The notes: generated by a model from the letters alone, not told the origin. A DNA stretch of 62,567 nucleotides, filler included, from Hausera hauseri (GCA_046269625.1; 11 parts of 11 records of this genome joined end to end with filler, not necessarily neighbours in it); one strand, 5' to 3'. Positions 37,782 to 50,839 are shown, numbered from the whole stretch's first letter. A program made the numbers and translations.

Positions 37782-38075
37782 TTTTCATTCTGCAGACTGT
37801 TATAGACGTCTCTACTTCCAATTATTAAAAATTCCAATTTATGAAGTCGAAGCTATGCAACAGTTTTGTTGTGTTTTTGTTGATATTCATATTCAAGAAC
37901 AAATGGTAACTATTGTAACTTTGCCTAAAACTGTAAGTGCATCAGATTTATTAGCCGAGACTAAACGTCAGGCAAGATTAACAAATATTAGTTATCATTC
38001 CTATCGACTCTTCGAGGTTGTCAATCACAGAATCATCAGTCTTATTCCATTGAAATGGAAAATATCAGAGTTGGA
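37782..38075 (+). pseudogene. USP7: USP7 (HAUSP) C-terminal UBL-region fragment
   Basis: RLYFQLLKIPIYEVEAMQQFCCVF...DLLAETKRQARL...YRLFEVVNHRI aligns with USP7 [23 protein letters not shown]...DLLEECKKAVEL...LRLLEIVSYKI; similarity is then lost. Confidence 0.65.
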
Positions 38076-38624
38076 ACCGAACGCCGAATCTTTGGGCACC
38101 GAATTGACATGGAGTTTTGATCGAATACGTGCAGATCGTAGCAAACTGGAAATAACCCACGTATATAAAGTGAAAAGTCATTTAGATGACAGTTTACCGG
38201 CCGAATTAAATCATTATATTTATCGGAATATTGACAAAAATGATCATACGGAAATCACTTGCCAATCGGAAGTTGTTTCTGTTGAGGAAATTGCCATGGG
38301 ATCGAATAAAGGAAAATTGTCTGTTGGAATAAACTCCTTTACTAAATCGGACGATGCGAATAGAGTTCGACATCAAATTGTCAATCATGTCGCAATTGCG
38401 GCTGGCGTCGCACCTGAGACGCCTTTAGCAAAATCTGTCCAATTACAACTTGACGATAATCCTGTTGGGTGTGTGGTCAACGCTGAACTGCAAGTGGGGT
38501 TCTCAGCTACCCCGCAGTTTGCGGCTAGTCACGGCGAGACTAAAGCCCCGGCCGCCCAGCCTGTGCCATTGGGTCGGACGGCGCAGTTCTTTGCCGCACC
38601 ACGACACGCCCCCGGCCACACGAC

Positions 38625-38843
38625 CTTTCCTTATCTCCTTTTCTTTTTTTCTAAACAACAGACACATTTGCACACATACAGTAATACATGTAAACATAGC
38701 TGCCATCCATAAAATCATCTCAACTTCTCTTCACTCTTCTGACTTCTGTCTCACACAATGGATTTGTAGTGCCTTTCGCTGGACCCCTTCAACCTTCCAC
38801 AACTTGTGTCTGCCTTCACCTTCACTTCCGTATCCGTGGTGGC
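38625..38843 (+). other. Ubiquitin-like domain ending in di-Gly at the N-terminus of Gypsy Gag (one frameshift)
   Basis: FLISFSFFLNNRHICTHTVIHVNIAAIHKIISTSLHSSDFCLT/HNGFVVPFAGPLQPSTTCVCLHLHFRIRGG-MD; beta-beta-alpha-beta-beta-beta hydrophobic pattern; homologous to 25327-25512. Confidence 0.65.
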
Positions 38844-41800
38844 ATGGATTTATCACCCACAATTGATACCACGAACAAACTCACCAAACCACAGATTTAT
38901 ATGACTTACTTACCCAAACAAAGTGCTTCAAACACTTTGACACAACAAACACTCCTCACTCATGCACCCTGCACAGAATACTTCCTCGTCAGCAAAAACT
39001 CTACTTAAACTTGGCTAAAACTGCATAAATTCTGGTTCCAATCACAAAACGTCATCGACTCTTTATCCAAAGCCAACAGCCTTTTTTTTCATTTATCAGC
39101 TTCCATCAAAACTAAAATTACCAATATCATCGACATCCTTCATCACACCGACCCATATACTCAACTGTATAATGCCGTTTTCAACTTACTGAGCCGTCAA
39201 TTGACTCTGTCATTCAAAGATTCTTCAACGACAATGCCATGGGCCTTCAGAAGCCTTCTAAATTCTTGCGCACATCTTTGTCTCACCTCAATACCCTTGG
39301 CGTAACATCTGAGCATAGTTCATAACTTCTTCGTCGCTACTTTTTAAATGCATTGCCCCTTCAAATAAGAGCTTTGATAACTGTGGTCAAAGACTCCACG
39401 GCTCTGGAAAAGCTAGCCGAACTGGCGGACAAAGCAAATAAAGTACTGCACTCACACACAGCACCAACTATCTCTGCGGCATTAACAACAGGCCAACGAC
39501 AACAAAATGTAATGCTGCAGCAAAAAATTACGCAATTACGCACCGAAAATTAAATCTTACAAAAGACAACTAACAACATAAATGAGAAATTAAATGAGTT
39601 AACGCTGTCTCGACGCGGTTTTTCTAGGGCTGCTTCCCATAATGTATTTAATCAACGTCAAAGACGGTTGCCTTCGCCCGCGCGGCAGTCTATTTGCTAC
39701 TACCACAACAGATTTGGTAATAATGCTCAGAAATGCTGCATCGGTTGCATATTTTATTACCCAGACTTTAATACAAGCAACATCGTTTGCATCTATCACG
39801 CAAAATTTGGAACAAACGCACAAAAATGCCTACCTGGCTGTAACTACAACACACACAATAAAACCAACGTTACTAATTTCACACAAAATAGTAGGCCAAA
39901 CTCGCCAGCTACAAAATCTGATTTCGCCGCTAGGACACACGGCAAGTCCTAGCAAAGGCAACAACCTTCAGAAAGATAGCCGACATATTTTCTTTGCTGT
40001 ATTCACGTTGAAAGCAGCAGTTGTCACTCAAACAAAGCAAAAAATTAACTTTCTTATAGACACCGGCGCAGCAATCTCTTTACTACCACCAACACAACAA
40101 ATCCAAAACAATTTACCTTCAAAAGAAAGCAACTTTTCACTGCGTCCGGTGAACCTTTACAAATTTTTGGTGTTACCAAATTAACGTCCACTCTTCCACA
40201 TTTCCCAAACACATTCGCATGGAAATTTACAGTAGCTAATGCACGTACACCTATATTGGGTTCAGACTTTTTGTCCCACTACAATTTACTTGTAAATTGC
40301 AAACGATGTTCCTTAAAGTGCGGAAATAATCTTAATCAAATTAGCAGCATTTCAAGGACCACCCGGGCTATTGCTTCCAGCAAGTCAATACTGAAGAAAA
40401 ATACTTCCGATTGCAATTATTTTTATACTCACTCATTATACAGAAATTTTTACTACGGTGACAAATACGATATTGCCAACTGCATGGCACCTATTACTAA
40501 CAGTACCGCTGCCAACGCCATCTTCAATACGAACATCCTGAACCAAATATCACCCTGTCACAACACCTTGTCTACAACTTATACCGCAGCTGCATCCAGT
40601 TACGATGCATCGACACCATATGAATACTTTTCATCGTCGCCCTCTGATCTACAACAATACATTTCATCTTCATGCACATATCTGTTGCAAAAAGATAAAT
40701 CATTCGTACCACCTCAATCCACCTTCCATCACATAGTAACAGCACATCAAAGACCAATACGTCTAAAAGTCCGTCCGCTATCACCTCGCCGCAGACAAGA
40801 AGTAGAGGCTGAGTTCCTCAAACTGGATAGATTAGGAATAATCAGAAGATCTAAATCCCCCTGGTCTTTACCACTGCATGTGGTTCCAAGAAAAGATGGT
40901 ACCTTTCGCCTATGCGGTGATTACCGCCAAATCAACACCATAACAACAATGGATGCCTACCCTCTACCATTAATCAACGACATCCTTCACAGGCTCCATG
41001 GTTCGACCATTTTTTCCTGCATTGATTTACACAAACCATACCACCAAATTCCGGTGGCCCAGCAGACATTTCGAAAACGGCTGTCATCACACCTTTCGGC
41101 CTTTTCGAATACTTTTTCATGCCTTTTGGACTTCGTAGCACTTCCCAGTCCTTCCAAAGGCACATTGATACAGTTCTCTCAGGTTTAGACTTTGATTATC
41201 CTTATATTGATAATATCCTAATTGCATCATCGGCCTCGAAACAACACTCCGAACACTTACGTTTAATCTTCCAACGCTTGGACCAAAACAATTTGCAAAT
41301 TAATTTCGCCAAATTCTCCTTTTTTCAACATAAAGTCAACTTCCTAAGACATGTTATTAACTCCTTCGGACATTCACCTCAGCCAGAGCGCAACACACAG
41401 CTCAAAAATATAAAACTACCACGCACATCCACAGAGATGCGTTTTTTTCTCGGAATCTTGCATTTTATTCATAAGTATGTTCCACACTGTTCCACTCTAA
41501 CTGCTCCATTTGAATCATTAAGCTCTGGCAAGAAAAAACAATCTATTCAATAGACCGCCAAACTAGTCAGCACTTTCGATCACCTCGAAGATAATCTAAA
41601 ACCGTAGAAATTCTGGCCTATCCCGACTCCCATGCAGAACTCTTCTTAACCACGGATGCATCCACAACAGCTGCAGGTGCCGTCCTCCATCAAGTCAAAA
41701 GTGGATTCCATAAGCCATTAGAATTCTTCTCTCAAAAATGCACGGCACAAGAGCAAAGATATTCCACCTTTGACAGAGTTGTTTGCAATGGTCCTTGCCA

Positions 41801-43149
41801 TAAAACACTTTAAACATCTGCTAACTGCACGACCTTTTACAATACAAACGGACCACATGCCCTTGCTTCAAATTCTCATTATGAAATCGCCTCCTCCACG
41901 TCAGGAGAGGCAAATATCGTATTTGTCCGCATTTAGTTTTGAAATTAGGCACTTAAACGCAGTCGACAATCTAGTAGCTGACGTTTTGTCCCGATCGGTC
42001 AGCTCGATTGATTTCACACCAATTTTCCCTCAATCCAAACTTCAACAAAACCAGCTACCTCCTGACATCCTTAAATCTTTCAAATCGTGCAAAATCATCG
42101 ACGGTGTGGCCTTTGACACCTCCAAACCTAATAATCTTAAAGTCATCCTTTCTGAGTCGCTTCAAAAATAAGCATTCAACAGAATCCATTCATTACATCA
42201 TCCCAGTACCAAGGCTACTTTTTGACTCTTACAACGCCAAGTAGTATGGCCGTCGATGCGCTCTGACGTGCAGGCATGGGTTAGACAGTGTTTGGCATGC
42301 CAAAAATACAAAGTTACTAAGCACTAAAAGCCACCACTATTTCATTTCCCCTGCACGTCTCGTTTTGAATCCGTTCGCATTCACCTTGTAGATCCTCTAC
42401 CCTTAGACAACGGTTATCAGTTCATCCTCACAATGATGGATCGTTCCTCGCGATGGCCAGAGGCTGTCCCACTTCGGAACACCAACACAGAAACCATCGC
42501 AGACGTTTTCATCTGCACTTGGATCAGCAGGTTTGGATCACCTCGCAACATCATTTCGGATCAAGGTCCACAGTTCGGATCCAACCTGTTTAAACCTCTT
42601 GTCAATCGATTGAAATTAACCACATTCACACGTCACCATATCATCCTCAATCGAATGACCTTCTCGAATGCTTTCACCGAACGATGAAAACGTCTTTCGA
42701 AATCCTTGCTGAGTCCAATCGCAGTTGGACCACACTCCTTCCGTACGTTCTCCTTGGCTGGCGAAACACACCATCTACTTTTACGGGCTGTTCACCTGCA
42801 GCAGCATTATTTGTCACTTCCATCAGATTATTATTCGAGCTGACTGAGCTTGACAATATTCCTACACATGAAACCATACAAGGGGCACAGAGACACTTCG
42901 ATGAGATCAGCAAAGACTCATTTTGTAGACTACTTCACGAAAATAAGCATCATATACCCGACGATTTATATACTGCCAAATTCATATGGCTAAAGAATCA
43001 GACGCCGTGTGGTTTTCAGCCTTAGTATGTCGGCCCTTACAAAGTAATTCGTTTACACTCCCACAAAATCATTATCCTCAAAGACGACAAAGAAGTAACA
43101 AAGCTAAACTGGTTTCTTCATTGACGACACGTCTCCTATTGAAACCACT

Positions 43150-43860
43150 TCTTCACCAGCAACGTTACACGACGTGCAGCAATCCAATATTTCACCTTCC
43201 ATCTCTGCTCTATTTCTTAACCCACTTTTACCTACGCTTTCTCCCAAGACCTCTACATCAATTTCTTCTGACAATTCAGCCTCTTTTTCCCCATCCGATT
43301 TTGCACCTTCAAGCCTTTTCACACCTCTTTCATCCTCTGATAACAACCTGCATTCTCCTCTTACAATACCTCATCCATCAAACACCACTTTGATTTCACC
43401 AATCTCTCCATCCATCTCTTTTATCATTCCAGCCTCTTGCATACCACCTTCCAACTACTTTCCTTCGCCTTCTCTATCTTCTTGCTCTTTTCCGCTTTGT
43501 CCCCCTTCGTTGTCTTTTCTCTCTCGCTTTCACTCTCTTTTACACACGTTCCTCAGCTTCGGCGCTTTCGTCCTCCCTCTCTCCTCACACATCATCTTTT
43601 TCTCCTTTCATTTCCGCTTCGAAACTTCCTCCTCTCTTTCCCTCCATCCCCATCTCTCTTCCTCCCTTTACCACTACTTCTCTTTTATTTTCCACATCCA
43701 CTCGTTCACCCAATTCAATTCAAACTTCTACTCCAACTTCTGTCTCTCTTCCTTTATCCTTCACTACACCTTTTATTATTCCTTCGTCTTCAAACACTCT
43801 TAAACTATCTACTCTCACTATCTCTCTTCCTACTTCACTTTTTTCTTCCTCTCTTCTTTC
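43150..43860 (+). repeat. Pyrimidine-rich low-complexity tail after integrase
   Basis: About 700 bp of strongly C/T-biased sequence on the plus strand. Confidence 0.8.
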
Positions 43861-44129
43861 TGACTCGTCTAAGCACGACACAACACTCACAACAAANNNN
43901 NNNNNNNNNNNNNNNNNNNNNNNNNNNNNNNNNNNNNNNNTTAATTAATTAANNNNNNNNNNNNNNNNNNNNNNNNNNNNNNNNNNNNNNNNNNNNCATA
44001 ATTCAATCTTACAATCATCGAATGACGTTAAGGTCGGAAGGGTAGAAACGAGATCTAGGTTTCCTTTAAACAATACCTTTTTGTGATATGTCTTAAAGGT
44101 TATGCCAATCAGTGTAAGTAGATGGAAGT

Positions 44130-44450
44130 GATAACGCAGCACCAATCCCGCACCACCGTGGAAGGAAAAGAACCTGTCAGAATGCGCCGCGTTATCGGAG
44201 ATACGGGGAATCAGCCAATCAGATCGTGCCACGTGATCGGGTGGGTAAGGGAATAAGCCATTGTGAATGCAGTATTCTGTGGTACCCCCTCAAGAACAAA
44301 AAACTTTGGTGCAGAATAGGTTTCACTATTCTCACCCTCTAAAACAAAACGCTCCCCACCCAGCTGTAACAAAGCATTTTTACCCCCTAAGACAAATTTT
44401 ACCACCCTGAAAACAAAGCACTTTACCTCACCCCTGAAATAAAATCTTTG
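44130..44450. repeat. Polinton terminal-region repeats and GC-rich segment with CCAAT and CACGTG motifs
   Basis: Six variants of accc...aaaacaaa between 44283 and 44450; agccaatcaga at 44213 and cacgtg at 44230. Confidence 0.5.
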
Positions 44451-44639
44451 CATTTTATTTATATGAATTTTTTACTTTAGATAACCGTAACATGATTAAA
44501 AAATCTCATAACCTTAATATGATTAAAAATTTTACGAAGGTACTATAAAAATCTTATAACCATAATAACAAAACAAATGAGACTAAATAAAAAATATTTA
44601 TTGGTATAAAATATACAGACATCAAAATATATACAACAA

Positions 44640-45358
44640 ATACAAATTAATTACAATGTCAAAATGCGAAACTTTTGTTTTTTGTTATCCAGTGTCTTTT
44701 ATCGTCGAACGGGTCTAATGCCTTCTCTTTTGTATTGACTGCCATTAGCTGGTGAAGTTTCGTCCCAATTCGTTCCAGATCAGCTATTGTTCCACAACCA
44801 TTTGTAAACGCCTGTAGATAGTTGTCGAACTGTAAATCTGCTTGTTTGAGATTTACTCCCTTGCATTTAAGGACTGGTCTGTTTTGGGTTTTCAGCGTAT
44901 AACATTTTGATCTCAAGAAAATACCTTCTTGGTACTTGACACAGCCCTTACTTTCACCCTTAAATTTTCCTATTACAGACGAGAAACGAGTGAAGTATAG
45001 CGAAGTGCTAGTATCATAATTAGACGTGTCCAGCGGTTCATTGTCTATTACTGCTGGTAAAAGTTGTGATCTTAAACGAACTCCACGAAACTCAAGGAAA
45101 AAACTGTCCGTGTCACTAGCCATAATATTTATCTCACAATTATACTGTCACCGATACACCTCCAACTGGATATAATTTAAGTCATATATCCGTAACTTTA
45201 AAAGATCAAGTACCCTCAGACCAATGCATGAGGGTCTATCTAAAGTAACCGTGTCTTTATCGAGAAGAACGGCAACCAGATCATCGGCTATAGTAATACT
45301 TTCTTTAAATTTGGCCCTACTAGCATGTGTGATAAGCCTTTTGGCATTTTTACACAGC
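44640..45358 (-). pseudogene. Polinton pPolB C-terminus, same family as 25790-29063
   Basis: LDRPSCIGLRVLDL, ASDTDS, GKFKGE, FLRSKCY, KCKGV and DDKRHW; colinear with 28350-29050. Confidence 0.9.
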
Positions 45359-47540
45359 TTCCTTGGCACGATCAACTTCTGCCATCGCTACATTCCGCAT
45401 TGTTCGGAAATCCTGTCACCTCTACCTGCTCTAAGCCAAGGATCCAAGAAATCCCAGGTAAATTGGACAGATGAGGCTGAACGGGCATTTGCCAATGCAA
45501 AAATGGCGCTTCTCCACCTACCCACATTAAACTATCCTAAACGAGATGCACCGTTTGTCTTAACAACAGATGCATCCAAAATCGCTGCATGCGCCATGCT
45601 TGCCTAATGCTCCCATTGAATTATTTTCCCACAAATTCAATTCGGCTGAGCAACGATATTCAACCTTTGACCGAGAATTATTAGCCATAATCCTCAATGT
45701 CAAACACCTCCGACACTTCCTCAAAGGAAATGTGTTCACAATCCGTACGGATCACAAACCACTCATTCACATGACGAATATGAAGAACCCATGCCCTCGT
45801 CAAGAGGGGCACATTTCATTCCTATCAGAATTTTCATTCCAGATAGAACGCATAACTGGAAAAGATAACACAGTTGCTGACTTCTTTTCCAGAACCGGGA
45901 TGTCGACAATATCCTTGGATCCAATTTTCACGGAAGAGGTTCTTCGATCGAACCCTCCACATGAAGACGATCTTACGTTCTTCAAAACAGTCGACACAAA
46001 GGATGGAATACATTATAATACCATCCTCAATGGTTGTCCACGCCCAATTCTGGCAGCAAACCTACGGAAACAGGCGTTTGACACCATTCACAACATCCAT
46101 CACCCTGGATCAAAAGCCACAGCTCGCTTATTGAGCAGTAGAGTTTGTTGGCCTCGCATGCTAAGCGATATAAAGCGGTGGACAAAAGAATGTTCACTTT
46201 GCCAACAGTATAAAGTCAACAAGAATATACAACCACCAATCCTACACTATCCACTGCCTCACGGTGTGAAACTATCCACATGGACATAGTAGGACCACTT
46301 CCCAAATGTTGCGTATATCAGTATATCCTAACCATTCTGGAAAGGAAAATAAGATGGTCTGAAACCATTTCAATCCAATAAATAACAACGCAAAGTGTTG
46401 TGGCTGTATTGCTCAAAACATGGATTTCTCGGTTCGGAGTACTCAAAAACATTATAACAGATCAAGGTACCCAATTAGAATCAGCCATGTTTAAGCAATT
46501 TACCAAATCGCTTGGTTCAAAGCATATTCACACATCGCCCTACCATCCGCAGGCGAATGGTTTGACTGAAAGATTTCATCGTACACTCAGGTCATCCCTA
46601 CAAATCCTTTGCCACAACAACAAGAACTGGCTGGATGCATTAGCTATCGAGCTATTAGGGTTGAGAAACACTCCGAACACTAGCACTGATGTCTCTCCGG
46701 CACAACTATTATTTGGTGCCCACCTTACATTCCCCGAAGATCTGGTGAGCAACGAGGAAGTAACTTAAATTCCTGCTCTTAACCAAGCCCGGAAGCATTT
46801 CGTGTCAATAGACACAAACCCTGCATTCCACAACAATCACAAGAAGCCAATCATGCCCAAGAACCTACGAGATGCATCCTTTGTCTGGCTCAAAAGCCAA
46901 CGAAGACAGGGTTTTGAACCGTACTATACGGGCCCATACAAGCTCATAGAAATCACTGAGCACAACGCCAAAATATTGCGCGACAAAGAGAAACATATAG
47001 TCCACTTGTCGAATGTAAAACCCTCATTCAGATATCATGATTTCGATACGGAAGATCCTATAGAACAAAACATACCAAGCATGTCAGAAGCAGACAAGCT
47101 TCGACAAAACTATGAGAAAATTGATCCATTCAATATGGACACTACAGTAGCCTATGACCCAACCCCGGTCCAAACTGAAACAAATATTGCCCCAACGCCC
47201 ATACTTCCGGAAACAAAACGTACAACCATACGCAATCAAACCCCTGCCGCACCGGTGTCGAGTCGCACCAGGAGTGCATCAAAGATACCTTGACTCCAGT
47301 AAAACCCTACAACCTTGGAAGAAAGAGTACCCGATTGCACGCAGTATGTACGTCGCATCAAAGCAGGTGGGGATCAAACCCATAGTGCCGAATCGACACT
47401 CGCTCATACCACTTTTAATAAGTGACAGACACGCCACATGCAACCATCTCGGGAACCCTAGCGGACGAGAAAGCATTAAAATGACGTCAGTAAAGTCGGA
47501 AAAAAGGTGCTGATTCAGCGCGGGTGAAAGATGAACAAGT
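45359..47540 (+). mobile_element. CsRn1-type Gypsy fragment: RT connection, RNase H, integrase, 3' region
   Basis: FLGTINF, TDAS, YSTFDRELLAI, TDHKPL, HNIHHPG..CSLC, TDQGTQ, ANGLTERFHR and YTGPY. Confidence 0.88.
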
Positions 47541-48639
47541 GTCTATCATCGTTCAGTTCAGTTATATTTAATAACTATTTAAATATAAAAACTTCTAAAT
47601 GTACAATTTGCAAATGTTATATAAATGTTATAAAATTACCCTTTGAAAATAACAACTCTTCTGATATTAAACATCGAGAAAACTGAATATCACCATTGAA
47701 TTTTTCCAAACACTTTTCGACTTACATTAATCGGATCTTCTGGTCGAGGGAAAATGTTTTATCAAACCGAATGCTTTTAACATTAAACTTTATTAACTAT
47801 AAAAATTTGGCGATCTATTCAATAATAATCAATCAACCTCAAATCCAACTACGTAATCATGCGTTTGAAAAGACATTACAAAATAGGGAATCTTAGTAAC
47901 CTACAAGAAAAATTTTACTGTATACATTTAACCCACATTTTCATAATCAAAATCCAACCGTCGCAGATTGCTGGGATGATGGTCATATTAAATTCCGTAT
48001 TTTCTGATCAAGTGGTCGAACTTTCTACAAACTGTATACAGAAATGACTGAATTTGACAAAACATCCGGTAGATATAAAAGCGAAATATCATATTTTAAA
48101 TATTCTTCAAATGTAAAAATTATTGCATATCCCAGAAATAGAAAATGAACTATATAAAAATCTTACTTAACATTTTCAAAACCAAAATAGATGTTTAAAT
48201 TCAAACACTCAAAATTCAAAAAGCTCAACAGAAAAAGTCGACAGAACAATAACACTTTTTTACAAATCACATTCGTTCGGAATGCATACTTCTGTCGTCT
48301 CTGAAAACAACATAATCCGAGAGAGAACCGCACTTTATGAAAACGGGGTTCAACAAAAATCTCGGCCCTATTCAATACTCCATTTGGTATCAAACCCTCC
48401 TTCGGATGGAAATATCGATAATACGACGTCCTCATGACAGCATCTATTTCATTTTACTAAATTATCACGCAAACCATTATTCACCATATCGTGCCTCACC
48501 ACTCTCTATCATCAACACTTACAATGCCCCTTCACTTTCAATGTAACTTTTCATCGCATTTAACTGAACAAATTAAACAACAACTGATCGACAAATTACT
48601 CTCTTACTCCTGCACTGCTGATTTTCTCCTTTGGACATG

Positions 48640-48902
48640 CCACAATAAACAGTTTTGACAGTGACAAATGTCTTCCATCGGAATACGTCCAAATGACTGA
48701 CAGTGATTATCATTATCATCGAAATAAGCAGCATCCGAAATGCCGGTTCTGTGTCGATCGTTATTACGACAATACCCATTTAATTGGACACGTCAAAAAA
48801 CGGCATTTTCTCTGTGATATTTGTCATCGGCAGAGCGGATTTATGGCATTAAATACACAGAAAGAACTGATGCAGCATTATACGAAAGGTCATTGTCTGT
48901 AA
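48640..48902 (+). pseudogene. ZNF598: ZNF598/Hel2-like C2H2 zinc-finger fragment
   Basis: HPKCRFCVDRYYDNTHLIGHVKKRHFLCDIC...LMQHYTKGHCL matches ZNF598 HPLCKFCDERYLDNDELLKHLRRDHYFCHFC...LREHFREKHFLC. Confidence 0.65.
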
Positions 48903-50839
48903 TTGTAAATCACAATTGTAAAACTGGACAATTCATTGAACAATGAATATGAATCCTTACAAAATTTTACAGATAAACAAATTTATCCTTAAAACTGCCT
49001 CTATAAATTCAGACACCAGCAAATTTATGCAGTCTGATATTCCCGTTGATCAATTGCGTGACCTTGGTGCTTTTAGCTCGACTGAAAATAATTAAAAATT
49101 GTAAACGATTGGAGGATAAGAAACAAAGAAAAATGGCAATAATTAATAATTTATTGAAACAAACAGATGATTCAATAAAAGACAAACTTGAAACGATAAA
49201 GCGCAAGGCCGAACTGTATTTTCTCCAGAGCAAACAGAAAGAGTTAAATTCGAAATAACAGCATTTTAGTGTCAAATAAGTTCATTTAAAAAAGTTGCAG
49301 TTGATTTTAAATCGAAAACAATCACAATCCATGAAAATTTATCGGAATGTACAAATTACCGAGATTTGATCAAGATGAAATCAGACAAATTACGCGAGTT
49401 ATCCAATGAATGTATTCGAAAATCGAAATCCGTTACAAATCAAATCATCGCACTGCAAAGTGTAATTGTCAATGCCAAGAAAATATCCAAATCATCTATC
49501 GACTCCATCGTCGCTATCAACGGGATTCTGGAAATATTTTACAATCGATTTGCTAACGATACTGCACTACCGACAAATCTGCCGTCAATTGTCAAGTGAC
49601 TGGAACAGCGGTTGCAGAATAAAATGTTGGGATCTGTCGTTGAATATCTGCATAATCATGAGGATGATTTCTGTGAAGAAAGCAAAACCATTCATGCTCA
49701 CAACGGTATTTAATTTGTACTGATGTCAATGTTTCCATTTCGTACAATTCTCCAGTGAAGGCAGTTTCCAGTAAACAGCGGGTCAATCGAAAAGTGCAAG
49801 ATTATTTGAAGGAGTTCCGAAAAACGGAAAATGATGTCAATGAAATGATGGATAAAATTGGCAAAGTGTTGCGTGAATGGTATTGTTGCCATGGTAAATT
49901 CCTCGATATTTTATTTGCGATTCAGGACAACGGTGAAGAGGGAGTTTCATGTGGCGTAACAAGGATTTGGTCAATAAATTGTTATTGTCTTTGTTTTTAT
50001 TGGCGCTACCCAATATAATGCTGATAATTTATTTGAAAAATTCCCTTGTCAACAAGGTGGAATGACGTAATTATGAATGAATTTCGGCACTTGTCCAATA
50101 CCCCCCACACACACGGTTTGTAGTAATATTTTCGTCCTTTTTTGAAATCGTGTTTTGCCGAAATTAAACGTATCGTGTCAGCACTTGTAGTGAATGAAGC
50201 ATATGTTTCAGAACCTCTTGGTAAACTATCGTGTACTTGGATGTCGCTTGTCGTTAAAAATTCACTTTTAACATTCGTATCTTGACTTTTCCCGACGAAC
50301 TTGGATGATGTCAATGATTCAACCATGACATTGCTGAGATGGTGATGCGTTATTGAGGAAAGTGGAACTGGTATATGATGGCATACTATTGCTGGAAAAT
50401 TTCAGTGCTGCCAGAAAAACACTTACCGTTGTCGGTCAAGATTGACTTCGGTTTTCCAAATCTGTAAATCCATTTCACCAGCATGCANNNNNNNNNNNNN
50501 NNNNNNNNNNNNNNNNNNNNNNNNNNNNNNNTTAATTAATTAANNNNNNNNNNNNNNNNNNNNNNNNNNNNNNNNNNNNNNNNNNNNTTTGAATTAAGTA
50601 AATATAATAAGATGTTCAATTTTACAGCGCCATTAACCAATGCTTCTAGAAAGTAATTTTTGCGGTATGTGTGTATCCTTTTGAGAAGCTAAAAATACGT
50701 ACCTTTCCACCAGTTCGCTAAATAAGATTGCAGTCTGGGATCATGCAATAGCCCATCATTGTTAATAATGTATGGTTAGACTTAAAAGAATTGAATATCA
50801 CAATATTTTTTTTTCTGAGTAATTTTTTCTTTTAAAAGT

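Larger units (their letters stand above)
38388..43896 (+). mobile_element. Ty3/Gypsy LTR retrotransposon, CsRn1 clade, near full length (Ubl-gag, PR, RT, RH, IN, pyrimidine-rich tail)
   Basis: GC-rich leader; two Cx2Hx9Cx3C motifs; FLIDTGA; SPWSLPLHVVPRKDG; MPFGL; YIDN (YIDD mutated); TDAS; DRSSRWPEAVP..SDQGPQF; YVGPY. 5' boundary approximate. Confidence 0.9.

Noticed and set aside
43174-43952. Hydrophobic ORFs as an env or membrane protein
   Set aside because: The Leu/Phe/Ser richness follows directly from C/T low complexity; there is no signal peptide or ectodomain.
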